A stretch of 64,000 nt of DNA from Nannocystis bainbridge (GCF_028368995.1 NZ_JAQNDL010000002.1:1280001-1344000), one strand, 5' to 3'. Positions 20,523-30,175 are shown, counted from the stretch's first letter. Numbers and translations: made by a program. The notes: a model not told the origin generated them from the letters alone.

Positions 20523-22325
20523 GTGCTGCCGGTCGTCGGTTGGCTGCCGCTGGGGGTGGCGGCCCTGTGGCTCGGAGGACATGTCCTTGCGACCAGATTG
20601 CTCGCGGGCCCGCTGGGCGAGCGGCTGTGCCTCGGGCTGACGATCGCGCTGGCGACGGCGCTCGGGCTGGTCGAGCTGCTCGGGGCGCTGGGGTGGCTGA
20701 CGGCCGCGGCGGGGCTCGTCGGCTGCCTCGGGTTCGCGACGGCGGCGACGCGGGCCGGGGACCTGCGAGCGGTGCGAGCGGACCTGGTCGCGCTCGGGCG
20801 AGTGGCGAGGGCGGCGGTGCGCGGGCCGTGGGCGCTGGCGCTGCTGGCGGGGCTGCTCGCGCTCGCGCTGGCGTCGCTGGCGGCGCTGCTGCTCGAGTCG
20901 TGGGGCTGGGACGCGCTGGCGTATCACCTGCCGCCGGTGCACGACGCGCTGCAGACCGGCCGCGTGCGCGAGGTGCCGACGCACGTGGCCTACGTGCAGG
21001 CGTATCCGCAGGCGGTCGAGCGCGTGTTCACGCTGTGGCGGCTGCTGCTGGCCGATGAGACGCTCGTCGATCTGGGGCAGCTGCCGTTCGCGCTGGCGGG
21101 TGCGGCCGGGCTGGCGACGCTGGCCCGACGCGCGGGCGTTTCGCCGGGGCGCGCCGCCGCGCTGGCGCTGGCGTGGTGCGCGACGCCGGTGGTGATGCTG
21201 CAGCTTGCGCACGCGTACGTCGACGTGGCCCACGCGGCGCTGGCGGTGCTGGCGGTGGTGTTCGTGACCGGGCCGAGAGATCGCGGGCGGCTGATCGGCG
21301 CAGCGCTGGCGCTGGGGCTGCTGCTCGGGAGCAAGCCGTCGGCGCCGCTGCCGTTCGCGCTGCTGGCGGCGACGCTGGGGCTGCGCCGCGGGCCCGGACG
21401 GGCGGGGGCGCTGGCGGCGATCGCCGCGGCGCTGGTGCTGGGCGGGGGCAGCTACGTGCGCGGTCTGATGCTGCACGGCAACCCGGTGTGGCCAGTGGCG
21501 CTGCAGGTGGGGCCGTGGACGCTGCCAGGGCCGGTGAACCCGGAGATGTTCTTCGCCGTGCTGACGCCGTCGGGGTTCGCGGAGCTCGACTGGCCGGGCC
21601 GGTTGATGCGGTCGTGGTCGACGCTGCCAGGGCCGGGCGGGTACGGCTACGACATGCGGCTGGGGCTGCACGGGCCGCTGCACCTGCTGGTGCCGCTGGC
21701 GATCGTGAGCCTGGCCTTGGGGACAGCTCGCCGGGTGCGCTTGCCGATCGCGTTGCTGGCGGTCGTGACGCTGGCGACGCCGGCCGCGTTCTGGCCGCGC
21801 TTCACGCTGGCGCTGCCGGGGGCGCTGCTGGTGGCGGTGGCGGCGGGCAGCGAGGGCTGGGCGCGGCCGGTGCGAGCCGGGGTCGATGCGGCGATCGGGG
21901 CGCTGGCGCTGGCGGGGATCGTGCTGGCAGCCCCGGGGTTTTCGCCGGACGGTCCACCGATCTGGGAGCTCGGGCGAGCGACGCCGCTGCAGCGCGCCGA
22001 GGCGGCGACGGCGATCGGGCAGGCGCGCGGGTGGCTGGAGGCGCGCGGGCGGGTGGGGACGGAGGAGTGCTTCGGGTACGACGAGAGCGTCGAGGTGCCG
22101 GGGCTGCTGTGGCGACCGGACGGGCGCGGTCGGGTGGCGTTCGTGCCGCCCGAGGTGGTCGAGGGGCCGGCGCTGGCGGCCTGGCTGGCGGCCGAGAGGG
22201 TGCGTGTGATCGCGGTCGACCGGCGCGGCCCGCGGGCGGCCTGGCTGCGCGCGCAGCCGGAGCGGTTCACGCCGCTGTTCGGGTGCCGGACGGCGCCGTG
22301 CGAGGTGTTCGCGGTCGCGCGGTGA
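20523..22325 (+). CDS. Polytopic membrane protein, GT-C (ArnT/PMT-like) glycosyltransferase candidate
   Basis: Many TM segments and motifs WDALAYHLP, YP, YVD, GSK and GNPVWP. Starts 10 bp after the GT2 stop. Confidence 0.6.
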   Translation: MLPVVGWLPLGVAALWLGGHVLATRLLAGPLGERLCLGLTIALATALGLVELLGALGWLTAAAGLVGCLGFATAATRAGDLRAVRADLVALGRVARAAVRGPWALALLAGLLALALASLAALLLESWGWDALAYHLPPVHDALQTGRVREVPTHVAYVQAYPQAVERVFTLWRLLLADETLVDLGQLPFALAGAAGLATLARRAGVSPGRAAALALAWCATPVVMLQLAHAYVDVAHAALAVLAVVFVTGPRDRGRLIGAALALGLLLGSKPSAPLPFALLAATLGLRRGPGRAGALAAIAAALVLGGGSYVRGLMLHGNPVWPVALQVGPWTLPGPVNPEMFFAVLTPSGFAELDWPGRLMRSWSTLPGPGGYGYDMRLGLHGPLHLLVPLAIVSLALGTARRVRLPIALLAVVTLATPAAFWPRFTLALPGALLVAVAAGSEGWARPVRAGVDAAIGALALAGIVLAAPGFSPDGPPIWELGRATPLQRAEAATAIGQARGWLEARGRVGTEECFGYDESVEVPGLLWRPDGRGRVAFVPPEVVEGPALAAWLAAERVRVIAVDRRGPRAAWLRAQPERFTPLFGCRTAPCEVFAVAR

Positions 22326-22436
22326 AGAGGGGTTCGTGAGGCTCGGAGCGCATCGGGTGGCGGGAGAACGGTCGGGCGACGGTGTCAGTCGCGGCATGAG
22401 CCCGGAGGCATGTTCGGGGCTGGTGTCGATCGAGCA

Positions 22437-22506
22437 TGTCTCTTTGGACATGCCCTTGTAAGCATGTCTGTCAGAGCATGTTCAAAAGGGCATGTCTGAA
22501 TGGACA
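22437..22506. repeat. Phased array of five 14-bp palindromic units
   Basis: TGTCTCTTTGGACA TGCCCTTGTAAGCA TGTCTGTCAGAGCA TGTTCAAAAGGGCA TGTCTGAATGGACA. Confidence 0.88.
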
Positions 22507-22528
22507 TGCCATCCGGGCACAAGCGAAC

Positions 22529-22736
22529 GGCCGCGCCTCCGGGGGAGAGCGCGGCCTTACGGACACGAGCGAAAGGCCGCGCCGGGGAGAGGGCGGCCTT
22601 CGGGGCACACGCGAAAGGCCGCGCCTCCAGGGAGAGCGCGGCCTTTGGGACACGAGCCAAGGCCGCGCCTCCGGGGGAGAGCGCGGCCTTCGGGGCCCAA
22701 GCGAAAGGCCGCGCCTCCAGGGAGAGCGCGGCCTTG
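22529..22736. repeat. Five REP-like hairpin repeats (about 42-46 bp period)
   Basis: GGCCGCGCCTCC(G/A)GGG(G)AGAGCGCGGCCTT repeated with short variable linkers between convergent genes; the second copy is more degenerate. Confidence 0.8.
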
Positions 22737-22750
22737 GCGGTGCGGGTCGC

Positions 22751-23554
22751 TCACAGGGAGACGACGTAGGCGATCACCGACTCTTGCTTCTCGAACGCGG
22801 CCTTGGCGGAGACGGCGGCGTCCCACGAGGTGAACTCGCCGATGCGGACGCGGTGCCACATGCGGCCGGCGGACTCGCCCGACTCGACGCGGACCTCGTG
22901 GCCGTTGCGGCGCAGCTTGTCGGCCAGCTTGGTGGCGTCGTCCTGGCTGGCGAACGCCTTCATCTGCAGCGCGAAGCCCTTCTTGCCCTTGGCGGACGGG
23001 GCGTCACCCTTGACGACGTCGCCCTTGACGGCGGCGACGATGCTGTCCTTGGCCGAGTCCTTCTCGACGATCGCGGCGGGCAGCGGGGCGGCCGGCGGCT
23101 CGACGCTGGCGAGCGGCGGCAGGACCTTGGGCGCCGAGGCCATCGCCGGCTCCTTGCCGGGCGCGGGGATGGGCTTCTTGCTCGGCTTCTTGTTCTTGCC
23201 GGGCACGCCGCCCATCGCCGCCTCACGCTCGGCCCGCACGACGCTCTCGTCGCGCGGCGGGACGGCCGGGTCGCGGGTCTCCGGCACGCCCTCGGTGGCG
23301 GGGTGCTGGAGGCCATCCTTGAAGCTGTATCCGGCGTCGGCGACCAGCGGCTCGGGATCGGCGAGGACCGCCCGGGTCTCGTTGTGCGCGACGGCCTGGG
23401 CGTTGGCGTTCCCGGCGTCGTTGCGGCGCCCGACCATCACGCCGAGCGCGAAGACGAAGCAGCCGACCACCGACAGGCCGAAGAACAAAAAGAAGACCTG
23501 GCGGTTGTCGAGCGAGAAATCGACCTTTTCCTTCGGGGCGGTCAGCTCTGGCAT
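22751..23554 (-). CDS. SPOR-domain cell-envelope/division protein (FtsN/DedD-like)
   Basis: N-terminal TM (VFALGVMVGR), Pro/Lys-rich linker, and C-terminal SPOR FALQMKAF...WHRVRIGEF. Confidence 0.85.
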   Translation of the reverse strand: MPELTAPKEKVDFSLDNRQVFFLFFGLSVVGCFVFALGVMVGRRNDAGNANAQAVAHNETRAVLADPEPLVADAGYSFKDGLQHPATEGVPETRDPAVPPRDESVVRAEREAAMGGVPGKNKKPSKKPIPAPGKEPAMASAPKVLPPLASVEPPAAPLPAAIVEKDSAKDSIVAAVKGDVVKGDAPSAKGKKGFALQMKAFASQDDATKLADKLRRNGHEVRVESGESAGRMWHRVRIGEFTSWDAAVSAKAAFEKQESVIAYVVSL

Positions 23555-24088
23555 GATGGTACGGCTCCGGCGAGTGCCTCCTTGTAGGTCAGGTCCCGTG
23601 TGGGACAAAAAATTCGGCAGTCCGGGGGTGCTCAAGCGAGCCGCGGTCGGCGCCGTGTGGAGCCGGGGAGCGATGAAGCCGGCGGGCAGCGGGACGACGA
23701 GGTAGCGAATGCTCGAGGCCCGACGACCTCCAGGCAGCGGGGAGCGTCGCTCTCGAACGGGGCGCGACGGAGGAGCATGGGCTCGTCGTGGTGCCGGGCT
23801 GAGCTCGAGGTCAGGTCATGGCGGGGCGCCGGCGCGCGTGGTGGGCGAACCGGGCAGCAGGGCGGATAGGCTGGCGAGGCGCTCGTTGCCGACGCTCTGG
23901 AGGTCGCCGCGCAGCTCGCCGCCGTCGGGCAGGTCGGCGAGCTCGACGAGGGTGCACGGCTGCAGGATGAGAGCGGCGAACGGCGGTCGTCCGGCGAGGC
24001 GGTGCACCGGAGCCGATCCGAGGGGCAGGGGGCCAGCGGCGTGGCTCGAACTGCCTTCGCGTCGCGGCCGCGCGGCTGTCTCTCGCGG

Positions 24089-24277
24089 GACAGGTCCGAT
24101 GTGGCCTGGCGTGCCCGTGGCTCCGCGCGCGATCGGCATGTCTTATAAGACAGGTCCGATGTGGCCTGGCGTGCCCGTGGCTCCGCGCGCGATCGGCATG
24201 TCTTATAAGACAGGTCCGTCATGGCGCGGCGCATGCGTGGCTCCGCGCGCGATCGGCCTGTCTCGTGGGACAGGTCG
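24089..24277. repeat. 60-bp tandem repeat (2 identical copies plus 1 degenerate)
   Basis: The unit GACAGGTCCGATGTGGCCTGGCGTGCCCGTGGCTCCGCGCGCGATCGGCATGTCTTATAA occurs at 24089 and 24149, with a variant at 24209. Confidence 0.9.
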
Positions 24278-24380
24278 ATGAGACGCTTCCGCGGTCACCG
24301 AGCGCCGTCTCGAGGGACAGCTCAGTCGCTGCGAGTCACGGGTTCATCCTGTCCCGAGGGACAGGTGGACGCTCGCGGCC

Positions 24381-25967
24381 TCAGTGGACGATCCGCAGCT
24401 CGCGGGCCGGGTCGCGCAGGGGCTGCTGCTTCTTGGCCTCGGGCCGCTCGCCGCGCGGGTTGGTGCCGCGGCGCAGGATCTCGGTGGTGGGCGGGTAGAA
24501 GAGGTCCCAGGACTCGGTCTTCGCCATCTCGCCGGCCTGGTAGAGCTTGCGGGTGCGCACGACCTTGAAGCCGCGCATGCCTCGCTGCGACACGGTCTCG
24601 GCGCCGCTGGCGAGGCTGGAGTCGCTGCGAACGATGGTCTCGAACGGCAGGACCTCCTGCACGCGCCGCTCGAAGGCGACCTCGTCGAACACCTTGCGAG
24701 CGCCGAGGACCTCGATACGGACCTTGCCGGCGGCGACCTTGGTGTGGAACACGACCGGGAAGTCGAAGCTGTTCTTGAGCTTCATGTCGACGTGGCCGTA
24801 GACGACGGTCGAGTCGAGGCCCATGTCGACGTAGGCGCTGGGCCGGCTGTGCGGGCGGCTGTGCACGAGGTCGAGGCCGGCGAAGAAGGCGGCGCCGTAG
24901 AGGGTGGAGCTGATCTGGCAGATGCCGCCGCCGACGGTGTCGATCAGCTCGCCGTCGGCGATGCCGGCGGCGAAGCGGTAGCCGGCCTCGCCGGTGCGAT
25001 CGCCGACGATCTGGTTGAACGACATGGTGGCGCCCGGCATCAGGACGAAGCCGTCGAGCGGAGCGGCGCCGATCTTGAGGTTGTAGGCGCGGTCGGCGTA
25101 GTTGGCTTCGGTCGAGTACGGGGTCTCGAAGGCGGCGAGCACGGCGCCGATGTCGAGGCCGTCAGCGATGCTGGCCCAAGGGTCAGGTACTTCGGGACCT
25201 GGCTGCGTGACCAGGTCGATGCGGTCGCCGCCCGAGGCGAGGCCGACGGCGACGGCCGACAGCGAGTCGAAGGCGGACAGCCGGGTGCCGCGCTGGGCCG
25301 GCAGGACGCGCCGGTTGTCCATGTCGAAGCGCGTGGCGAGGCTGGGGCGCTCGACCTTGGGGGCGAGGGCGAGCAGCTGGGCGAGCGCGACTTCTTCGTT
25401 GAAGCGGAAGCCGGGGGCGAGGTCGACCTCGCCGCGGAGGGCCCGGTCGCGGGCGCGCAGGTCGGCGAGGAGGTCACCGCTGTGGCCAACGCGGAGGGCG
25501 GCCTCGATCGCGGCCTCGGGCGCGGGCACGGCCCCGAGCGCGCGGGCGGTGGTCTCGACCTCGACGCCGGGGGCGGCGAGCAGGAGCTTGCGATCGAGGG
25601 CGGTGAGGACGGCGGTCTCGGCGATCGCGGGCAGCTCGGCCGCGGTCAGGCCGCCGACCTCGTGGCCGCCGAGGCGGACGCCGGGGATGACTTGGCCCGG
25701 GTCGCGGGCGGCGGCGAGGTCCTGCCACAGCACGGCGGCGACGGCCGCGAGGCCGAGAGCCATGGCGGTGGACTCGAGGACGGGGAGGACGCCGAGGCGG
25801 CGCCGACGAGCGGCGGGGACGGCCTCGGGCGCGGCTTCGGGGGCCGCTTCGGACGCGTCGAGGAGCTCGAGCGCGGGCGTGGCGGTCGGCACGAGCGTGC
25901 GCGGCTGGGCCCGACGAGGGGCCAGCGTGCGGGCGGCCGCTGCGGCGCGCGGTGCTGGCTGCGACAT
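24381..25967 (-). CDS. VanW family protein with peptidoglycan-binding region and G5-like tail
   Basis: SFNQIVGDRT, GGGICQISSTLY, PHSRPSAYV.MGLDSTV and DMKLKN motifs, with an N-terminal TM. Confidence 0.87.
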   Translation of the reverse strand: MSQPAPRAAAAARTLAPRRAQPRTLVPTATPALELLDASEAAPEAAPEAVPAARRRRLGVLPVLESTAMALGLAAVAAVLWQDLAAARDPGQVIPGVRLGGHEVGGLTAAELPAIAETAVLTALDRKLLLAAPGVEVETTARALGAVPAPEAAIEAALRVGHSGDLLADLRARDRALRGEVDLAPGFRFNEEVALAQLLALAPKVERPSLATRFDMDNRRVLPAQRGTRLSAFDSLSAVAVGLASGGDRIDLVTQPGPEVPDPWASIADGLDIGAVLAAFETPYSTEANYADRAYNLKIGAAPLDGFVLMPGATMSFNQIVGDRTGEAGYRFAAGIADGELIDTVGGGICQISSTLYGAAFFAGLDLVHSRPHSRPSAYVDMGLDSTVVYGHVDMKLKNSFDFPVVFHTKVAAGKVRIEVLGARKVFDEVAFERRVQEVLPFETIVRSDSSLASGAETVSQRGMRGFKVVRTRKLYQAGEMAKTESWDLFYPPTTEILRRGTNPRGERPEAKKQQPLRDPARELRIVH

Positions 25968-26437
25968 GGGAGGCGACGCTAGGCAGGTGGGCGACGGAAG
26001 TCCAAAAAACGGCGAATCCCGGGGGGAGGCGCGGTCGGCGGGGCGGATGAAGATGTCGGGAGAGGCGGCTCGAGCGGGCGGCCAAAGGCCGGGGACGGCG
26101 AGACGGCGGGCTCAGCGACGGGATGGGCGGGCTCGCGGCTAGTTGTTGCGGGAGGGGGGCGTGGCCGGAGCGAGCCGAGGGGGACGTAACCGGGGCCTCG
26201 GAGCGAAACCGTGCCATTGCCTCTGAAGCCCACGCAAGGGGGTCTGGCGGCCCGTGCGGTCGGGGCGGGTGGAGGCCTCTGTCAAGCGACGACTTCGGCG
26301 CGCAGGGAGTCCGGGGAGGCTCGACTTCATGACCCTCGGGAGCGTGGGTCGAGCGCAGGAGGCGGCGGGATTCGCCAGCCGGAAGCGGCGAGACGGGTTG
26401 CCGGAACCGGTCGCCCCGGGAGGCGTCCATCCGCGGT

Positions 26438-27826
26438 ATGACGAGCCCCGTGGCGCCCGCCGAACCCTCCGGTCCCCCCCCTGGTTATGGTCCGCGTGCG
26501 CGCGGGGTCCCCGTCCGCAACAAGCTGCTGGTCGCCGCGGTGACCACCAACCTGGCCGGCATGATCGCGGCGGTGTTCCTGGCCCGGCTCATCCGCGAGG
26601 TGCCGGCCGAGGCCTCGACCGAGTCGATGCTGCTGGTCGCCTACTACACGGCGCTGTGTGTGGTAGCGATCGCCGACGCGCTGCTGATCGACGAGTTCAT
26701 GTTCGGCGGGGCGTTCCGCCTGACCCACCTCCAGGGCAAGGACCCCAAGTTCGCGCGCGCGAGCGACGAGGCGGCGATGGTGGCGGCGACGATGCAGCGC
26801 TCGTCGGTCAGCTTCCCGATCGTCCTTTTGCTGTGCGGCGGGGTGACGTACCTGCTGTTCAATTTCGTGAACCAGGACTTCAACTCTTACTACCGAAGGG
26901 TTGGAATTCACGTCAGTTCTCTCCGGGGCGACGAGCCCGAGAGTCAGCCCCGGCGGCTGCAGGCGATCGCCGAGCTGTCGATGCGCCGGCACCCGACGAT
27001 CGTGCCGACCTTGCGCCAGCAGCTGGCCCGCGGCGGCGAGGTCGGCGCGTGGGCGGCCTGGTCGCTGGGCCGCTTCATCGACGTGACCTCCGAGCGCAAG
27101 GCGATCCTGGGCGACCTGCGGGAGACGATGAAGTCGCCGGACCCGAACCTGCGGCGCGAGGCGCTGATCTCGCTGGCCCGCTACCAGGACCGCGACGTGG
27201 CCGACGCCCTGGTGGGCGAGCTCGAGCGCGACCTGGCGGCGGGGGTGATCGATCGGCGGCTGCTGATCGCGGCCGGCTATATCCAGGTGCCGAAGCTGCT
27301 GCCGGCGCTGCAGCAGATCCTCCAGCGCGGCGACGAGAAGGCCCAGCGCGTGGCAGCGTGGGCGATCGCGCAGCACCGCGACCAGCGTGAGGCGAAGGAC
27401 CTCGACCTGATGCTGACGGATCGCCTGCCGTCAGCCGCGTTTTCGGTGCGCTGCGCGATCGTGTTCAGCCTCGGGATCCTCGGCAACGAGCGCGCGAACG
27501 TGCCCCTGATGCACGCGTACGACACGGCGACGCCCGAGGAGCGGGCCACGACGTGCCCGGTCGAGGTCGTGTACCTCCGGCCCGACGGCCAGCAGGACCA
27601 CTTCGAGCTGCTGCTGCCGCCCGAAAACTACGAGAACGAGATCTTCAAGGTCCTCGGGCAAATCCGCGCCACGACTCCCGAAATTCGTGCAGCGGTGGAG
27701 CCGTGGCTGGAGCGCCTGGCGGCCGCGCACAAGGGGGACGGGACGCTCACTTCCGAGCGCGCGCAGTCGCTGCTCGAGGGCATCCGCAGCGCCCGCGACG
27801 ACTCGAAGGTGGCGGCGCCGGAGTAG
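26438..27826 (+). CDS. Membrane protein with HEAT repeats
   Basis: Three N-terminal TM segments and HEAT-like repeats (SPDPNLRREALISLA, VRCAIVFSLGILG). Confidence 0.7.
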   Translation: MTSPVAPAEPSGPPPGYGPRARGVPVRNKLLVAAVTTNLAGMIAAVFLARLIREVPAEASTESMLLVAYYTALCVVAIADALLIDEFMFGGAFRLTHLQGKDPKFARASDEAAMVAATMQRSSVSFPIVLLLCGGVTYLLFNFVNQDFNSYYRRVGIHVSSLRGDEPESQPRRLQAIAELSMRRHPTIVPTLRQQLARGGEVGAWAAWSLGRFIDVTSERKAILGDLRETMKSPDPNLRREALISLARYQDRDVADALVGELERDLAAGVIDRRLLIAAGYIQVPKLLPALQQILQRGDEKAQRVAAWAIAQHRDQREAKDLDLMLTDRLPSAAFSVRCAIVFSLGILGNERANVPLMHAYDTATPEERATTCPVEVVYLRPDGQQDHFELLLPPENYENEIFKVLGQIRATTPEIRAAVEPWLERLAAAHKGDGTLTSERAQSLLEGIRSARDDSKVAAPE

Positions 27827-27878
27827 GCGCCGCGTCGCTGGAGCCGTACAATCGGTGTGCGCGAAAGAGCACATCGAC

Positions 27879-28721
27879 ATGCACCGCTTCGCTTTTCCCG
27901 TCCTCGCTTTCGCCTGTGTCGCCGTCACCGCGACCGCGGCCCACGCTCACATCGCCCTCAGCTCGCCGCTGCCGCGGCACGTCGACCAGAAGTCAGGCCC
28001 GTGCGGGGTCGGGCCGAACGACACCCGCGGCGACGAGGTGGCGGTGTTCCAGGGCGGCGAGTCGATCGTGGTCCGCTGGACCGAGACGGTCGACCACCCG
28101 GGCCACTTCCGCATCAGCTTCGACAACGACGGCCACGACGACTTCGGGGACCCGGCCGGCTTCGACGATTTCTACTCGAACCCGGCGGTGCTGGTCGACG
28201 AGATCGCCGACAAGCAGGGCTCGCAGCAGATGTACGAGCAGGAGGTGACGCTGCCGCTGATGAGCTGCGACAACTGCACGCTGCAGCTGATCCAGGTGAT
28301 GACCGACAAGCCGCCGTACGAGATCGGCACCAACGACCTCTACTATCAGTGCGCCGACATCGTGCTCGAGGGGGCGGCCGAGACGACGGGCGAGGAGACG
28401 AGCGCGGGCGAGACGACGACGGGCGAGGCGACGACCGGCAGCGAGACCTCGGAGGGCACGGGGACGCCCGGGACCACGGGCGAGCCGGGCACGACCGGCG
28501 GGGATCCGCAGCCGACGACCGGGACGACGGCCGAGAGCGGCACGACGGCCGGAGACGGCACGACGGCCGAGAGCGGCAACGAAAGCGACGGGACCGGCAG
28601 CGCGACCGAGAGCCTGGGCGAGGGCGAGGGCGGCTGCGGCTCGTGCAACACGGGCGGGGCCGGCGGGAGCAGCTTGGCGGCGCTGTTGTTGTTGCTGGGG
28701 CGCAGGAGACGGCGTGGTTGA
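27879..28721 (+). CDS. SCE4755-like polysaccharide-monooxygenase-like protein with Thr/Gly/Glu linker and MYXO-CTERM-like tail
   Basis: Signal peptide ending AHA|H, then KSGPCG, HPGHFRISFD, CDNCTLQLIQVM and YYQCADI; tail GGCGSC...LLLLLGRRRRRG. Confidence 0.75.
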   Translation: MHRFAFPVLAFACVAVTATAAHAHIALSSPLPRHVDQKSGPCGVGPNDTRGDEVAVFQGGESIVVRWTETVDHPGHFRISFDNDGHDDFGDPAGFDDFYSNPAVLVDEIADKQGSQQMYEQEVTLPLMSCDNCTLQLIQVMTDKPPYEIGTNDLYYQCADIVLEGAAETTGEETSAGETTTGEATTGSETSEGTGTPGTTGEPGTTGGDPQPTTGTTAESGTTAGDGTTAESGNESDGTGSATESLGEGEGGCGSCNTGGAGGSSLAALLLLLGRRRRRG

Positions 28722-29364
28722 TGCGAGCGCTCCGAGGCGGCGGCAGCGGGCTGTCGCGTCGTGGGGGCTCTGCGGTGGTCTGGCGCTGGGCGGGCTGCTG
28801 GGCTGGCCCAGCGCTGCGCTGGCGCATATCCGCCTGATCGAGCCGGCGCCGCGACACGAGCAACAGAAGCGCGGGCCGTGCGGGGCCGGCAGCGAGGACG
28901 GGCGCGGCGAGGTGGTGAGCACGTTCCGGCCGGGGCAGACGATCACGGTGCGGTGGCAGGAGACGGTGGCGCACCCGGGCTACTTCCGCATCGCCTTCGA
29001 CGAGGAGGGCCAGGACGCGTTCGCCGATCCGGCAGAGGCCGGGCAGAGCGGCGATCCTGCGGTGGTGCTCGTCGATCTCATCGCCGACAAGGAGGGCACG
29101 CAGACGTACGAGCAGGCGGTGACGCTGCCGGACGTGGCGTGCGAGCGCTGCACGCTGCAGCTGGTGCAGGTGATGACGGACAAGGGGCCGTACGGGGACG
29201 GCAACGACCTGTACTACCAGTGCGCGGACCTGGTGCTCAGCGAGGATGCGCCGGCGAGCTCGCCGGAGAGCGACGAGGCGAGCAGCGGGTGCCGCACGGG
29301 CTCGGCGGGGCCGCTGGCGCTGGTGATGCTGCTCGGCTGGCGGCGACGCTCGCGGGCGGGCTGA
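28714..29364 (+). CDS. Second SCE4755-like paralog with short MYXO-CTERM-like tail
   Basis: ALA|HIRL, KRGPCG, HPGYFRIAFD, CERCTLQLVQVM and YYQCADL; tail GCRT...LLGWRRRSR. Confidence 0.75.
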   Translation: MVDASAPRRRQRAVASWGLCGGLALGGLLGWPSAALAHIRLIEPAPRHEQQKRGPCGAGSEDGRGEVVSTFRPGQTITVRWQETVAHPGYFRIAFDEEGQDAFADPAEAGQSGDPAVVLVDLIADKEGTQTYEQAVTLPDVACERCTLQLVQVMTDKGPYGDGNDLYYQCADLVLSEDAPASSPESDEASSGCRTGSAGPLALVMLLGWRRRSRAG

Positions 29365-29377
29365 AGCTCCCAAGGCC

Positions 29378-29612
29378 TGAAGCTGCGGCAGGCTGAGGGC
29401 TTCGGATGGTCTGAAGCTGCGGCAGGCTGAGGGGCTTCGGATGGCCCGAAGCTACCTGGCAGGCTGAGGCTGCGGGCAGGCTGAGGCTTCGATTTGGACC
29501 GACCTGTCGGGCAGGCTTCGGATTGAACCGAAGCTACCAGGGCGGGCTGAAGGCTGGGGGCAGGTTGAGGCTTCGGATGGACCGAAGCTACCGGGCAGGC
29601 CGAAGTTCGGCA
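29378..29612. repeat. Degenerate tandem palindromic repeats (GAAGCT...GGCAGGCTGAGG...GCTTCGGATGG)
   Basis: About 5 variable-length units, with GAAGC/GCTTC arms in most, located between convergent genes. Confidence 0.7.
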
Positions 29613-29710
29613 GGCGGCGGCAGGATGCCTGTCCTGTTGGACAGGTGAGGGAACTCGAAGCGGGCCTGGCCTTTCGGACAGCTCGGCGTGCTGGCTTCGG
29701 AGGCTCTTCT

Positions 29711-30175
29711 TTAAAATTGTAGCGCGAAGCCGCCGCCGGTCGGCTTGACGCGGATCTTCGCGGTCCAGTCCTCGCGGCTCCGCGTGAAGCGCTCGTAGCG
29801 GACTGCGCCGATGGCGGTGAGCGGCATGCCGACGAGCAGCATCAGGGCGCCGGGGATCAGGAAGTGGAGGCCCGCGTAGGGGCCTTGGGGCGCGGGGCCC
29901 GGGGGGGGGTCCTGCGGGTTCATCACCAGGAGGGTGCCGACGATCGTGGTGGGGATCCCGAAGGCGAACAGGCTGGCGCCGACGATCAGCGACTTGAGGC
30001 CGCGCGGTTGCGGGTACTGTTCTGCGACGACCGGGGCCGGGCCGGGGTCCTGGCATGGTTTCCCGGCGGCGGCCGAGCGAACCGGCAAGCGACAGGGGCG
30101 GAGGCCCGCGGTCGCGGTCGTCGGGGCGAGGGCGACGAGGGCAGCGAGCGAACACAGGCACGACGCGCGGCGCAT
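29711..30175 (-). CDS. Hypothetical exported/membrane protein
   Basis: Signal-like N-terminus, two TM segments and a C-terminal GGGFALQF. Confidence 0.6.
   Translation of the reverse strand: MRRASCLCSLAALVALAPTTATAGLRPCRLPVRSAAAGKPCQDPGPAPVVAEQYPQPRGLKSLIVGASLFAFGIPTTIVGTLLVMNPQDPPPGPAPQGPYAGLHFLIPGALMLLVGMPLTAIGAVRYERFTRSREDWTAKIRVKPTGGGFALQF

Noticed and set aside
22432-22510. p53-like RRRCATGYYY half-sites
   Set aside because: A by-product of abutting 14-bp units; there is no reason to invoke a eukaryotic factor or contamination in this bacterial context.
22529-22736. CRISPR array
   Set aside because: Linkers are only about 14-16 bp and resemble each other, which fits REP-like tandem hairpins better.
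24075-24215. Tn5 mosaic end / Nextera adapter contamination (TATAAGACAG, CTGTCTCT)
   Set aside because: Only partial similarity to AGATGTGTATAAGAGACAG; the sequences fit the local 14-bp palindrome family.
23632-24281. Small ORFs between the SPOR and VanW genes
   Set aside because: They overlap the 60-bp repeat, show no recognisable motif, and no frame is clearly favoured.
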